Source of the DNA: Sminthopsis crassicaudata
Taxonomy: Eukaryota
Length of the DNA stretch: 64,000 bases
NCBI RefSeq assembly: GCF_048593235.1
Contig: NC_133621.1
Span: forward strand, 302,011,146-302,075,145
Direction: 5' to 3'
The notes under the pieces were generated by a model. That model did not search any database. It saw nothing but the letters and a program-made list of their open reading frames with translations, and was not told the origin of the DNA. Shown one piece after another: positions 28,201 to 39,900 of the stretch. Each line of letters starts with the position of its first letter. Positions within the stretch are counted from its first letter, which is position 1. Made by a program: the position numbers and the translations under genes.

Positions 28201-28661
28201 TCTCCACGTGCGCGGGGGCCTCCGCGGTAAACGGGGCGAATGGAAGTAGGACGTCCCCGGCGCCGCGGCCGTTTTTCCCGCCTCGCTCCCACGTGGAGGC
28301 CCGGGAGGCTCGGCCTCCCCGAGCCTCCATCGCGGGGCGACTGCAGGAGGCGTCTCCCCGAATTCCACTGGGAGCCGGCGCCGCGGAGGCCCGGGGATAG
28401 AACGCAAAGTTTCCACTTTCTCCGCCGCGGCACCCCCCCGCCCCTTCCGCTTCCACAACGGCCCGAGAACCCGGCCGAGGATACAATGTTTCCACTTCCC
28501 GAGCCGCCCCGCCTCCGAACGCGGCCGGGCGCGCGGGCCGCCGGGCGGGACACAATGTTTCCGCTTCCTCAGCGTGTGGAGCCCCGGCCCGGGCCCCGCA
28601 GCCGCCGCCGGCCGGCCGCCCGCCGCGCCGCACACGCCGGCCCTCCCGCGCCACTCACCAT
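24957..28661 (-). CDS. SNU13: SNU13 / NHP2L1 (15.5K kink-turn binding protein), complete CDS: complement(join(24957-25219,26135-26255,28659-28661)) = 387 nt, 128 aa
   Basis: M|[40 protein letters not shown]|[90 protein letters not shown]-only first coding exon followed by GTGAGT; all introns GT-AG. Confidence 0.98.
26135..26255 (-). CDS. SNU13: SNU13 exon 2
   Basis: 121 nt, [14 protein letters not shown]...RKGANE; AG/GT. Confidence 0.97.
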
Positions 28662-29130
28662 CCTGGCGATCCTGCCTCCGACCCCCTCCTCGGAAGAGCG
28701 CTGGGACGGCGGGAACAGGACGAGTCCTCTCGGCTCGGAAGCTTCACGGAGGATGCCTGAAGTAGAAAAGGCCCCGTTCGGGGCACCGGCTAGGAGGCTG
28801 CTGGGAAAGAGGGCGGAGCCACACGCGGAGGCCTTTAGCCCGCCCCCTCTCTCCTCTCCCCTCCCCTCCCGCCCGCCCCCCTCCCTCGCCGGATGTCCCC
28901 GGCTGGGGGCCTAAACCTTCCGGGAAGAAGCCCGCGCCGGATACTTTCCCCCGGGTAATCCCTCCATCAGTCATTTACCTAATCCGCCCGGGCCTGCCGC
29001 GCTCGGGGCCCCACTCCTGCCCCGCGGAGCCGCACCTAAGCGTCCTTTCCCTGAGGCAGCCCTTCCCACACGTGGGATTCAAATTCGGGACCTAAGCACG
29101 GGCGCCCACCGACTCGTTTGCCTGGGTATG
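27990..29130. promoter_or_regulatory. CpG island / SNU13 promoter and 5' part of intron 1
   Basis: GC/CpG-rich; multiple ETS-type GGAAG cores; surrounds the SNU13 ATG. Confidence 0.8.
28659..28661 (-). CDS. SNU13: SNU13 exon 1 coding part (ATG only)
   Basis: Minus strand AGGATG|GTGAGTGG inside a CpG island. Confidence 0.9.
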
Positions 29131-29919
29131 GAGCCGCACACTTTTTTTGTTTTTGTTTTTTGGTTGAGGCAATTGGGGTTAAGGGCCGGACACTTATTTT
29201 AACAGCATCAGTCTCCTCGCCCCTGAGGTTCCTGGCCTCCAAATCCCGCCTCCGCTTTTTCATTGGCTGTTCCCGGTGCCTGGGGGGCTTTTCTCTCCCT
29301 CAAGCTGCCACGGCTCGAGTCTCAGTCAAAATCTGCTCTTGGGGAAGCCGGAAGGGCCCCCCTTAAAGCTCGTGCCTCCCCTGGGGATTAGCTCCAAGTG
29401 AGCCTGAATGAATGTGGGGGGGCGTTCCCAAAGTCCTCAAATTTGGGGGACACCTCTACGAAGTTCCCCACCAGCACTCTGGGAGGGCGGGGGTCACAAT
29501 TATTTTATTTTATCTTTTTTACGGGCATAGCACAAAGCCCGATTATATATTTTATAGTAGACCCTATAAAAATGCTTCTTGACTTGAATTATTTTCCTTT
29601 ATTATTTATTATTCCTTTATAATTTTAAATATTTTATTCGTGCATTTAAAAGCATGCTTCTGAGAGCAGTTAATGGCTGAGGAGTTTTAAGATTCATCGC
29701 GACCCCATTTGGGGCTACTGGAGTGGTTTTCCATCTTCTCCTCCAGCCTTTTTGACAGAGGAAACGAAGGCAAGCAGGGTGAGGCGACCTGATCATACAG
29801 CTAATAAGTGCCTGGGGTCGCATTTGAACTCAGGTCTTCCTGACTCCAGACCCGCTACTCGCATTCATTGTGCCACCCAGCTATTCTTACCTGGAGGAAA
29901 ACCATGATACAAAAAAGTC

Positions 29920-30064
29920 GGGGCAGCTAGGGGGCGCAGTGGATAGAGCACCGGGCCTGAAGTCAGGAGGACCCGAGTTCAAATCTGTCTCAGACACTTA
30001 ACACTTCTTAGCTGTGTGACCCTGGGCAAGTCACTTAACCCCGGCCTCAGGGGGAAAAAAAAAA
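29920..30064 (+). mobile_element. Marsupial tRNA-derived SINE (WSINE1-like), full length
   Basis: GGGGCAGCTAG...GCAGTGGATAGAGCACC (A box), GAGTTCAAATC (B box), A tail; TSD AAAAAAGTC at 29911-29919 and 30059-30067. Confidence 0.85.
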
Positions 30065-30537
30065 GTCTCAAAGAACCTCTGACCTAATCAGATCTCCCTC
30101 AGTGTACTGAAAGGGAAACTGAGGCTCAAAGAGGAGAAGAAGGACTGCCCAGGACCTCACCTGCTAATACCAACAGAGCCAGAACACCATAAATGGGGGC
30201 TCTAAATAAAGCAGGATACTCATTTTGCCCTAATGGTCACAGAAGCAGTTCTTTTTCCTTAAATCAGAGGAAGCCTCCTTTACAGGGGATTGGCCCTGGG
30301 GCCAAGTTCTAATTCTTTGTTGGAACAGAGGTTCAATCTCAAGGGGTGTTCAGGGGAGGACAGCAGTAGATCCTGAAATGCCTAACTTAAAAAAGAGCAA
30401 AAATATCACTAAAACCATTTTGGTTTTGATTTTTAAATAGAAAAAGAAAAAATGACAGAGGCATGAAATGGGTACTTCCTCCCCAGCCTCTGCTCCATAG
30501 CCTTGCCCAGGGCTCTGCAAGCAGCAAGTTGATTTTT

Positions 30538-31010
30538 TTTTCTTAATAGTAATTTATTTTTCCAATTACATATAAAGATAATTTTTAACATTCATTTGTG
30601 TAAGATTTTGAATTCCAGAATTTTTTTCCCTCTTTCCCCTTCCCTCCCCCTTCCGCAATATAGCAAGCAATCCAATCTAGGTTATATATATACAGTCATT
30701 TTAAATATATTTCCTCATTGGTAGTGTTGGATAGAAAAATCGGAACAAAAGGGAAAAATCACGAGAAAGAAAAAAGTAAACAATTTTTAAAAACAAAATT
30801 TTAGAAAACATTTTAAAATTGTAAAAAGTTTAAAAAAGTGAAAACACTATGCTTTGATCCTCATTCAGTCTCCATGGCTCTGTCTCTGGAGGCAGATGAC
30901 ATTTTCTATCCCAAGTCTATTGGAATTGCCTTGGATCACCACCTTGCCGAGAAGAGCCAAACCCATCAGTCAATTGTCTCACAATCAAGCAAGTTCTCAA
31001 TGAATATTGT
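30538..31010 (-). mobile_element. LINE-1 3' UTR-like fragment
   Basis: TTTATTTTTCCAATTACAT...TTTTAACATTCAT... Related copies at ~1330-1470, 17600-17800, 37560-37930, 47590-47870, 58950-59100 and 60150-60320. Confidence 0.6.
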
Positions 31011-32399
31011 TGGAAGAGAACAAACAACTCTTCTTTCTTACATATTGATTATGTGACCTTGGACAGATCACCTGGACTCTCCAGGTCTCTGTAAAAAGAG
31101 AATTGAGTGGTCTTTTTCTTTGCATACTTAGCATCTAGTATGGACCTCCACCCTTATCACCTTGTATTTCCCTCCTGCCTCCAGTGTTTTGGCACTTAGT
31201 AAAAGTACTTAATAAATACTCCTTGTTTGTTTGGTTCATTCATTCATAGGATAGGGGTTTAGATTCTGAGCTTGTCATATTTGCCAGGGCTGTTAACTCA
31301 GACTGGTGGAGAGGATGCTGAGTTTGCCTTAGTGACTCAGGGCCCTGATTGATTCAGGAGCTTTGGAAAAGACAGATTGTCTTTCTCAGTCTCTCTCCCC
31401 TCCATTTTGAGATGAATTACAGATACATAGAGACTTACACATTTTCAAACTTTGTCAATATATCATCAGTTGTGCTGTTTGTTTGTTTTTTTTTTTTCTT
31501 TAAAAAATACTATTTGTTATAAGACATGGCTCTCTAGGAGGGATCGCCCAGATACTATGGCGATGTGAAATAAGACAATTATAAACACTTTAAAAATAAA
31601 GATTGAAACTGAAAGACACTCAGGAAAGCTGATTTCCCAGGAGAGCCTTCACCAGAGAATTCTGGTCCCAGTGAAGGGCTTTTCTGATGTCATCTCAACT
31701 CCCATCCAAAAAGCTCATTCCCTCTTACGTGTTTTCTGTTACATTCAAACATATGCAACTGATTTCTGTTTGTGATGCTCTTTTGTGTATCATTATTATT
31801 GGTGGGGAGGTAGGTAAGCTGAGAACCAGCCACTATGAAAATGACTTGTGTTCTGAACGGAAAAACGGTTTCCCTCAACCAGCAGAATTTAGAGGAGCAA
31901 GCAGTTAAGACTCTTCTAGTCCAATCCCCTCTCAGAGCCTGCAATCCGTGGCCAGCTTCAAGGCTTTCTTCTCTCCTCAAGGCACAAGTCCCAGTATCCC
32001 TTGCAAGAGCAGTGGGCAAGATTCCAGAGATGCAGATCTCCCCCCAAGCAACATCTGGACGGTCTGTGAGGTCATTTGGCCAAGCAGCACAACCCATATA
32101 CAGACCAAATAAAGTTGTGGTTAGCTCACTTTTCAGTTATATCCTACTCTTCATGACCCCAGGGGGATTTTCTTGGCAGAGATACTGAAGTGGTTGGCCA
32201 TTTCCCTTTCCAGCTCATTTTACAGATGAGGAAACCGAGGCAAACAGGGTGAAGTAACTGACCCAGGGTCACTCAGCTAGGAAGTATCTGAAGCCAGATT
32301 CAAACTTATGAAGAGAAGCTTTGCTGATTTATCCAGTTGCCCAGACCAAATAACTAGGCTATATATAACCTTGTATAACATATAAATGTTTGCCAGTTA

Positions 32400-32482
32400 T
32401 AAGATTATATATTATATATATATAAAACTAGGTTTTATATATATAACCTTATATAACATATATATATATATATATATATAAA
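32400..32482. repeat. (TA)-rich low-complexity repeat
   Basis: Interrupted TA runs. Confidence 0.8.
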
Positions 32483-33754
32483 ACACCTTATCACTGGCAA
32501 ACATTTATAGAGCACTCTATAAAGATTATCTTGTTTGATCTTCACAACAATCTCATGAGGTAAGTGCTATTAATCTTCCCATTTTACGGATGAGAAAACT
32601 GAGGCAATTAAGTTACCATACAAGAATGAGTATCACACATCTGAAGTCCAATTTCTTGACTCCACACAGCTGTGGCTCTGTCCACCACAGCACCACTTAG
32701 TGCCCATAATACCCTAATAGCTAGGAAAGAGACCTTGGACGTAGCTTGGTGTCCAGAGGCCAAAGCAGAGCAGTCTGGACATGTTGCTGTTTGGTCCTGA
32801 GCTGTCCAGAAGCATCTATTAAGTGCTCTGGCAGCCTCCAGGGGATAGCAAAGTACCCTGAGAGCCAAGGGGATTATCATTCCCATCTAGATGGCAGGAA
32901 TGAATGTTTGCGCTCCCCTTGCTTGCCCCTCTCTCCCCCATTGAGGGGTCACATGTAGGAATTCTGCACAAGGCAGTATTTGTGGTTTTGGGAGTTGGAG
33001 GGACCCTAGAACTTGGAAAGTCAGTGTCAGGACCTTAGAACATGGACTATTAGGGTTGGGAACCACCCTGGGACATAGCAGGACAGCTGAGAGGGCCTTG
33101 AATAGCATTTAGGGCTGGGAGGAGCCATCTAGACTAGAATGCCAGAAGTGGGAGGAACATCAATGCTGCAGAGAACTTGAGACCGAGAAGCAGAAAGCAG
33201 TGGCTCTAAGATGTTAGGAGCCAATGTCAGCCTTCAAAATGGCAGAGATCAGGATGTCAGGGCTGGGAGGTCCGGTGCTCGGTTACTTCCCTACAGCCAA
33301 GAGGAAAGCTCAGCTTCTGGATAAATGCCGCCAGGTGCCCACGGGCACTCGGGAATAAAGGGCAGAGAATGGGTTTGGGCCTTAATGCTCTCTCCTGCCA
33401 CATTTCACTGCCTTTCATAATGGGCTGGGCCTCCACAGGCCCAGTATGGGTCCAGGGTCACCCTGCTGCCCTAGGCCTGTAGGAGCATTTGAAAACAGGG
33501 GTTCCACAGAAGATTTCTTTGCCCTCATTTGGGAAAACAGTCTCCAGGCTTTCCTGCTGAAACCTCCCAGCAGCTAGCCAGAGCCTGGGCTGGGCAGCCC
33601 CTTTGTGAGGTGGCTTTAGTCACCTGTGAGGCAGTGATGACCCCATGTCAAGGCTGAGGACCCAGGAACAAGCTGTTAACACCTCCTTTCTGCCCCCATC
33701 CTCTGCCACACCATCGCCCACCTCGGCTCAGGCCCTGGCCCTCGAAAGTGCCAG

Positions 33755-33967
33755 ATGTTGCTGCCACTATTGGGCATCTGTGCACTGTTTGGGCGCTTTT
33801 GGGGCAAGTCGTGGGAGCCTGTGCAGGGCCTCCTGACGGATGGCTGTGGCTGCGGAGACCCCCGCTGCTGCGGCAACCTCTTCATCCTGTGCCTCTTCCT
33901 GCTCTGGCAAATCCGGCAGAGGTTCAGGAACCCCAAGAACCCGGCCATCAAGAAGAAAGGCCTCGAG
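33755..33967 (+). CDS. C22orf46: C22orf46 exon 1 coding part (71 aa)
   Basis: WEPVQGLL and CCGNLFILCLFLLWQ motifs; GT donor at 33968. Confidence 0.88.
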
Positions 33968-36900
33968 GTGAGGAGCAGGGAAGGGCTGTGAACTTGGACC
34001 AGAGACAAGAGGGACACCTTTATTTCTCCACGGTTGATGTCCTTTGCAATCCTCAGTATGTTTTTTGATGCTGAGAACGGGTCCTGGTGGGGCAGTCCAG
34101 TCTGCAGGCTGACTAAAAGGTTAAGGGTTGGTCTGAGAAGGCGATCCCCCCAGGAGGAGGTCAGCTTCCAAGCAGGGAGATTCCAGGGGTTCAGGTGCTA
34201 GCCTTGGTCCTGACCACTGGCCATCACTTGGCTTTACTGGGCCTCAGGAGATCCTCTGTCTGTCTAATGTGAAGGCTGGGCTAGATTGAAGGCTCTGAGC
34301 CTCTTTCTGGCTCCTGATCTGCTATCCTGGACGGTATGCCCGCCAGCCACTTCTTTCCTGGGCCTCAGTCTCTCCTTCTTTCAAATGGGCAAGAGGATGG
34401 ACGAGATGGTCTCTTTGGTCCTTCCAGATTTAAAAAAAAAAATCCAGAATTTTTAGGATTCTACCTGCGTGAGTTAGAGCACGTCACCTCACATCTAAGG
34501 CCCCGTTTTCCTCACATAAAAACTGAGGGATTATCCTGGAATGGTTCCAGAAGTCTCTTCCAAATTGGGGGGACCAGGTTCTTGTTCCTCACTACGCCTT
34601 ACTTTCTCCAGCTGCAGAATTATGGGGATGGACTTGATAATGTCTAAAGTCCATCATAACCCAAAGCCCTGTGGTCTCATGAAATGTTTACTGAATCATG
34701 TGCCACTCCAGGCAGAGATACTGGAATGATGCTTCTTCAGCATGTCTCCATTTTACAGATGAGAATTTGAGGCAAATAGGGGTTAAATGACGGGCTCAGG
34801 GCCCCATAGCTAACTGGTCAGTGTCTGAGGCTGGATTTGAATTCAGGTCTTCCCAACTCCAGGCCTGTGCTCTGTGTATTGCACCACATAGCTGCCCTTT
34901 TATTAAGGAGACACAATACAATGAAAAATAACTCTGGAGGCACATGCTATGGAACAGGCTGTGTGGTACTAGAAAAAGAATCCTGACTTCCAGAGCTGCC
35001 ACTGACCAGCTGTGTGACTCTGGGCATGTCCTTTCCCTCTCTGGGCCATCCTTAGTTCCCCATCTGTCAAGTAAAGGCTTTAGACTGGCCCCTCCTGCCC
35101 GAGATCCCATGATCTTCTTGGATTGTTGTAAGGATAAAATCTGATAAAGCATCTTGAGTGGAGGCTGCCATCCTAGAGGCCAGTACTGTGCCAGTGAGAT
35201 GAAGCTAAAACATTATTTCCATTCTGGTCTTGAGTTGGGGTGGGGGCAAAGGAGGAGCCTAAGACAGATGAACCCTTGACTCTGTTTCCATGTGGCTACA
35301 GCAGCCATCCCTTAATCCCGGGCCTCCCACCCTCCTTCTCTCAAATTCCCCTGGAGAAGCCGTCCCTGTTGCTTCTTCTTCTGGCTTCCTGGGGGCTGCA
35401 CCCCTCCCTCCAGAGAAGCCAATAAGGCATTCTTCTTCAAGAACCAGATGTCCTAGGGTCTGCCCCTGGCTTTAGAGGACCTGGATTCAAATCCCACCTC
35501 TGCCCCTATCTGCCCCTTACAAGTCAGTGACCTTCCCGGGATGGGCTAAGTCCTTCCAGTCTTGGGTCCACAGGATCTTTGGATGCTCATTAGATTGCAA
35601 GCTCCTTGAGGGCTTTTCTGCCCTAGACATGACGCTATTCCAAATGAGTTGAAGAAGCTTGTTTCTAGAGGGACAAACCAGACAGGGCTCTCTGAATATC
35701 CTTGGGTGTCCGGGACTTCTCTGGGTCTTTGCCATTCTCCTCTGGCCAAGACTCAAGTGGCAAGATTGGGAGACTTTGATTTGGTGTGAACTGTGCTGGT
35801 TCTGGGACACCCCCTGGTCCTTTTTATTGGGGTTGTTGGGGTCCAACTCATTTTACAAATGTGGAAACTGAGGCCAAAAGGATGAAGTGACTTGCCCAGA
35901 GTCACACAGCTAGGAAGGGTCTGAAACCAGATTTAAACTCAGGTCCTACTGATTCCAGTCCTGGTGCTCTTAACTACCCCTTGTTCTTTTAACAACAAAT
36001 TTAAAAAGATTAATGTCTCTTAATAGGGTCTGAAATCCCCTGCTCTGATCATCCCCCTGTCCCCTTTAAACAGATCCTTAAGGAAGACTGGTTGATGACT
36101 TGTTACCCCTGGGAACTGAGTCTTGAAAAGAAGCTGGACAGAAACTAACTGCACAGGCAGGCTTAGTTCCTTGGAAGGAAGGCCTACAAACTCTCCAGAG
36201 AGAGTGGATCAGATTTTCATGGCTATAAGTAGGGGAGGGGCAAAGGTCACGTGCGAGTCCAAGCCAAGGGAACGCCAGCACAGACTTGGCTTTGGCTGGG
36301 ACTGCTGAATTATGTGGACTGTGCAGGCCGTGCTTGGTGCAATGGCTAGGCCAGCTCTCACTTAAACTCCTAGCATCAAAGGTCCGAAAACTGAGACTTG
36401 TGGCTCACTTGCCTGAGAGAGAACTGTCTTGACGGTAAATGGGTTGTAGTATTAGTCCTTTGTGTTTTCACTGAGGTAAATAAGAAAGCCTGTCAGGAGA
36501 TCTGAGTGTCTGTAAGAGAGCAGAGAGATCTCTCGCTTTTGTTGTGGAGAGCAATCCAGAAACATCAACTTTCCACTCCCAGGGCAAAACCCTTTTGGTT
36601 GGGATTGGTGCCAGAAGGTGACTTAAGTGAGAAATTTCCAAGGCAGGACCTGGTCTTTATAACCCAGAGCTTTATCCTAGGCTGTGCATACAAACAGAAA
36701 GGAGCTAGCTAATAATAATATAGATACTAAGTATTAATGGAAGGATCATCATTGGGTAGAGAAGGTATTTGGAAAATATGGAAAATACTGTGGCGTAATG
36801 TCCAGACTAGCTCTCTGGAGGATCTCGGGATCAGCCCAAGTCCTTGATCTTAGTGGAGGAGTGCAGGAGGCCTGAGGGCCACCAGGAGTATGGTCAAAGA

Positions 36901-39900
36901 TGGAATGTTGAATTTCCAGTCCTCTCAGCCCTTACATACTTCGGTGTGATTAAATCATTACAGCACACTAAGTACCTGTGAGCTAGAGAACCATTCCATC
37001 ACCACACTAAGTACTAAGTATCTGGGAAGTAGAGAACCATCATCTCATTAATCACACTGAGTTAACACCCTGTTGTAAGTGTTGTAAGTATTTTTGTTTC
37101 AAGTACACTTCTCCAGAGTTCCGGCCCTCTACACTGTGGTATTGAGAAAAGGACAATGGAAATGGGAAAAAATCCCAAACAATGAGCACAGTAGAGTGTG
37201 TTGGCAGCTAGGGCACAGGGCACTGGGCATGGAGTCAGCAAGGCCTGAGTTCAAAGTTGACTTAGCTACTTACAAGGTGTGTGACTCTTGGCAAGTCCCT
37301 TCACTTCTGCCTGCCTTAGTTTCCTTATTTGTAAATTGAGACTCACAGTAGCCTCATGAGTCTGTCCATACTTCAGTGTAGGGGCTGTACAACATAAAAC
37401 CTCAAAGGTACAATTCTTTAGCCTACACATCCTTAATCCCTCTAAACAATCCTCTAGGTCTAACCTTACTCAAGATGGTCCTATTCCATTATTTGACAAT
37501 CCCGACTACGTTAAAAAGTTATCTTGCTTAAGAAAACATCATCATGGACTTGGCTCTATTCAATAGCAAGGTGATTCAGAACAGTTCCAATAGATTTGTG
37601 ATGGAGAGCACCATCTGCATCCAGTGGGGACTGATTGTGGATCACAACATAATATTTTCATCTTTTTGTTGCTGTTTGCTTGCTTTTTCCCCCCTCTTTC
37701 TCAATTCCCCCTTTTTGATCTGATTTTTCTTACACAGCATGATAAATGTGGAAATATATATAGAAGAACTACATATGTTTAACTAAATACACTGGATTAT
37801 TTGGTGTCTTGAGGGAGGGAGAGAGGGAGGGAAGGGAGGGAGAAAAAATCTGAAACACAAGGTTTTGCAAGGGTGAATGTTGAAAACTATCGTTGCATCT
37901 TTGTATATATTTTGAAAATTAAAAAGAAAAAATATCATTAACTTATCAACTTTGTCACATATAAAAATTGTCTACGGATTCACAGATAGATAGTGATACC
38001 AATTGTACTTAGAGACAAGCAGAAATATTTTAACCAATTAATTATGTGCTCCGCACAGCTCCACAGGAGGTCCTGGGAAGCCCACTGCTGCTTATGTAGG
38101 TTTTAGCTTCATAGGTAAGATGTATACAATGGAATTTTACATAATTTAGAAGAGGGGAGATAAAGATTTAAACATCAAAGAACATATAGGAAAAGAGATA
38201 AACTTAAAAACTGGTTAGTAATCCCTGGGAATTTGCACACTAATCAATAACGCCAGAACTATCATTAGTTACTTGACAATGCTCATTTTAAGGGAATGAA
38301 AATAATAAGCTGAGCCAGATATTCTCTTTATCAATAACCAATTATTCACTGGATCTAAGCATCTCAGCTAAATTCTAGAGGCTTTAGCTGCTAAGAGAAC
38401 TTACTCTCAAAAATGATGGCAAGAGTCAAACCAGAAAAATTCTCTGATGATGTAAGGGAAGTAGCCTGACCTTTTTCTGAGCCTCAGTTTCTACATTTGT
38501 CTAATGAGAGATGTTAAACTCCCAAGTCCCTTGTTAATCTAGAACTAAATGCCAGATCATGTTGGATTTGCTTAATTGTTTTCAATATGACTAAAAAGAA
38601 TCAAGATGGGGGAGGGAGGAGGGAGGAGGGAACAGTTGTATAAAAACTAGAGCCAATAAAGCCAAAAAAAAAAAAAAAAAGAAAGAAAGGAAAAGGTAAG
38701 TCTTCACTGTGTGGCTAACTAGTCTCACATGCATGTCTCATAAACTTAACACATGGAGCCAAAGAGCTTTATTTAAGTCTTCTCATTATCCTTTAAAAAT
38801 ATTTTCCTCAATCACATGAAAAAAATCCAAATCTTAACATTCATCTTGAAGAATGTTGAGTTCCCAATTCTCTCCTTCCCTCTTCTACCCCCTCCTATTT
38901 TCGTCAATCTTATATTTTAAAATTAAAGTTTCTATTCAGCTCTGGTTTTTTCATCAAGAATACTTGACAGTCATCTATTTTGTTGATTCATCTCTTCCCT
39001 CCACCCAAGTATTATACTTTGTTTTGCTAGTAGGTGATTCTTGTTGTAATCCTAGCTCTTTTGCGCTTATATTCCAAGCCCTCTGATCCTGTATTGTAGA
39101 AGCTGCTAAATCTTGTGTTATTCTGACTGTCACTCTATAATATTTGAATTGTTTCTTTCTGGCTGCTTACATTTTCTGCTTGACCTGGGAACTCTGGAAT
39201 TTGGCTATAATATTCCTTAGAGTTTTTATTTAGGAATCTATTTTTGGAAATGATTGGCAGATTCTTTCCATTTCTATTTTACTCTCTGGTTCTAGATTAT
39301 CAGGGTAGTTTTCCTTGATAACTTCTTGAAAGATGATGCCTAGACTTTTTTAAACTATGGCTTTCAGGTAATTCTACAATTCTTAAATTATCTCTCTTGA
39401 AATTATTTTTCAGCTGTTTTTACAATGAGATTCTATTTTTCTAATCTTTCAATTTTGTTTGTTTCTTGATGAATCAAGGAATAATTAACTTCCATTGGTT
39501 CAATTTTAATTTTTTAAAGTGTTTTTNNNNNNNNNNNNNNNNNNNNNNNNNNNNNNNNNNNNNNNNNNNNNNNNNNNNNNNNNNNNNNNNNNNNNNNNNN
39601 NNNNNNNNNNNNNNNNNNNNNNNNNNNNNNNNNNNNNNNNNNNNNNNNNNNNNNNNNNNNNNNNNNNNNNNNNNNNNNGAGATCAGATTTGAACTCGGGT
39701 CCTCCTGAATTCAAGGCTGGTGCTCTACCCACTGCGCCACCTAGTTGCCCCCAAATCTATTTTCAAGGAGTTTTTTTCCTCAAAATTTTTGTATATCTTT
39801 TTTCAATGATCAAGTCTGCATTTTAAGGAGTTTTTCTCTTCAGTAGATTTTTTTTTAATGCCTCTTTTACTGTTTAGCCAATTCTGTTTTTTAAGGTATT

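Noticed and set aside
27995-28914. Long overlapping ORFs (219, 224, 168, 163 aa); likewise the ORF clusters at 4717-6175 and 53003-53645
   Set aside because: Stop-poor CpG-island sequence giving low-complexity R/P/G/A peptides.
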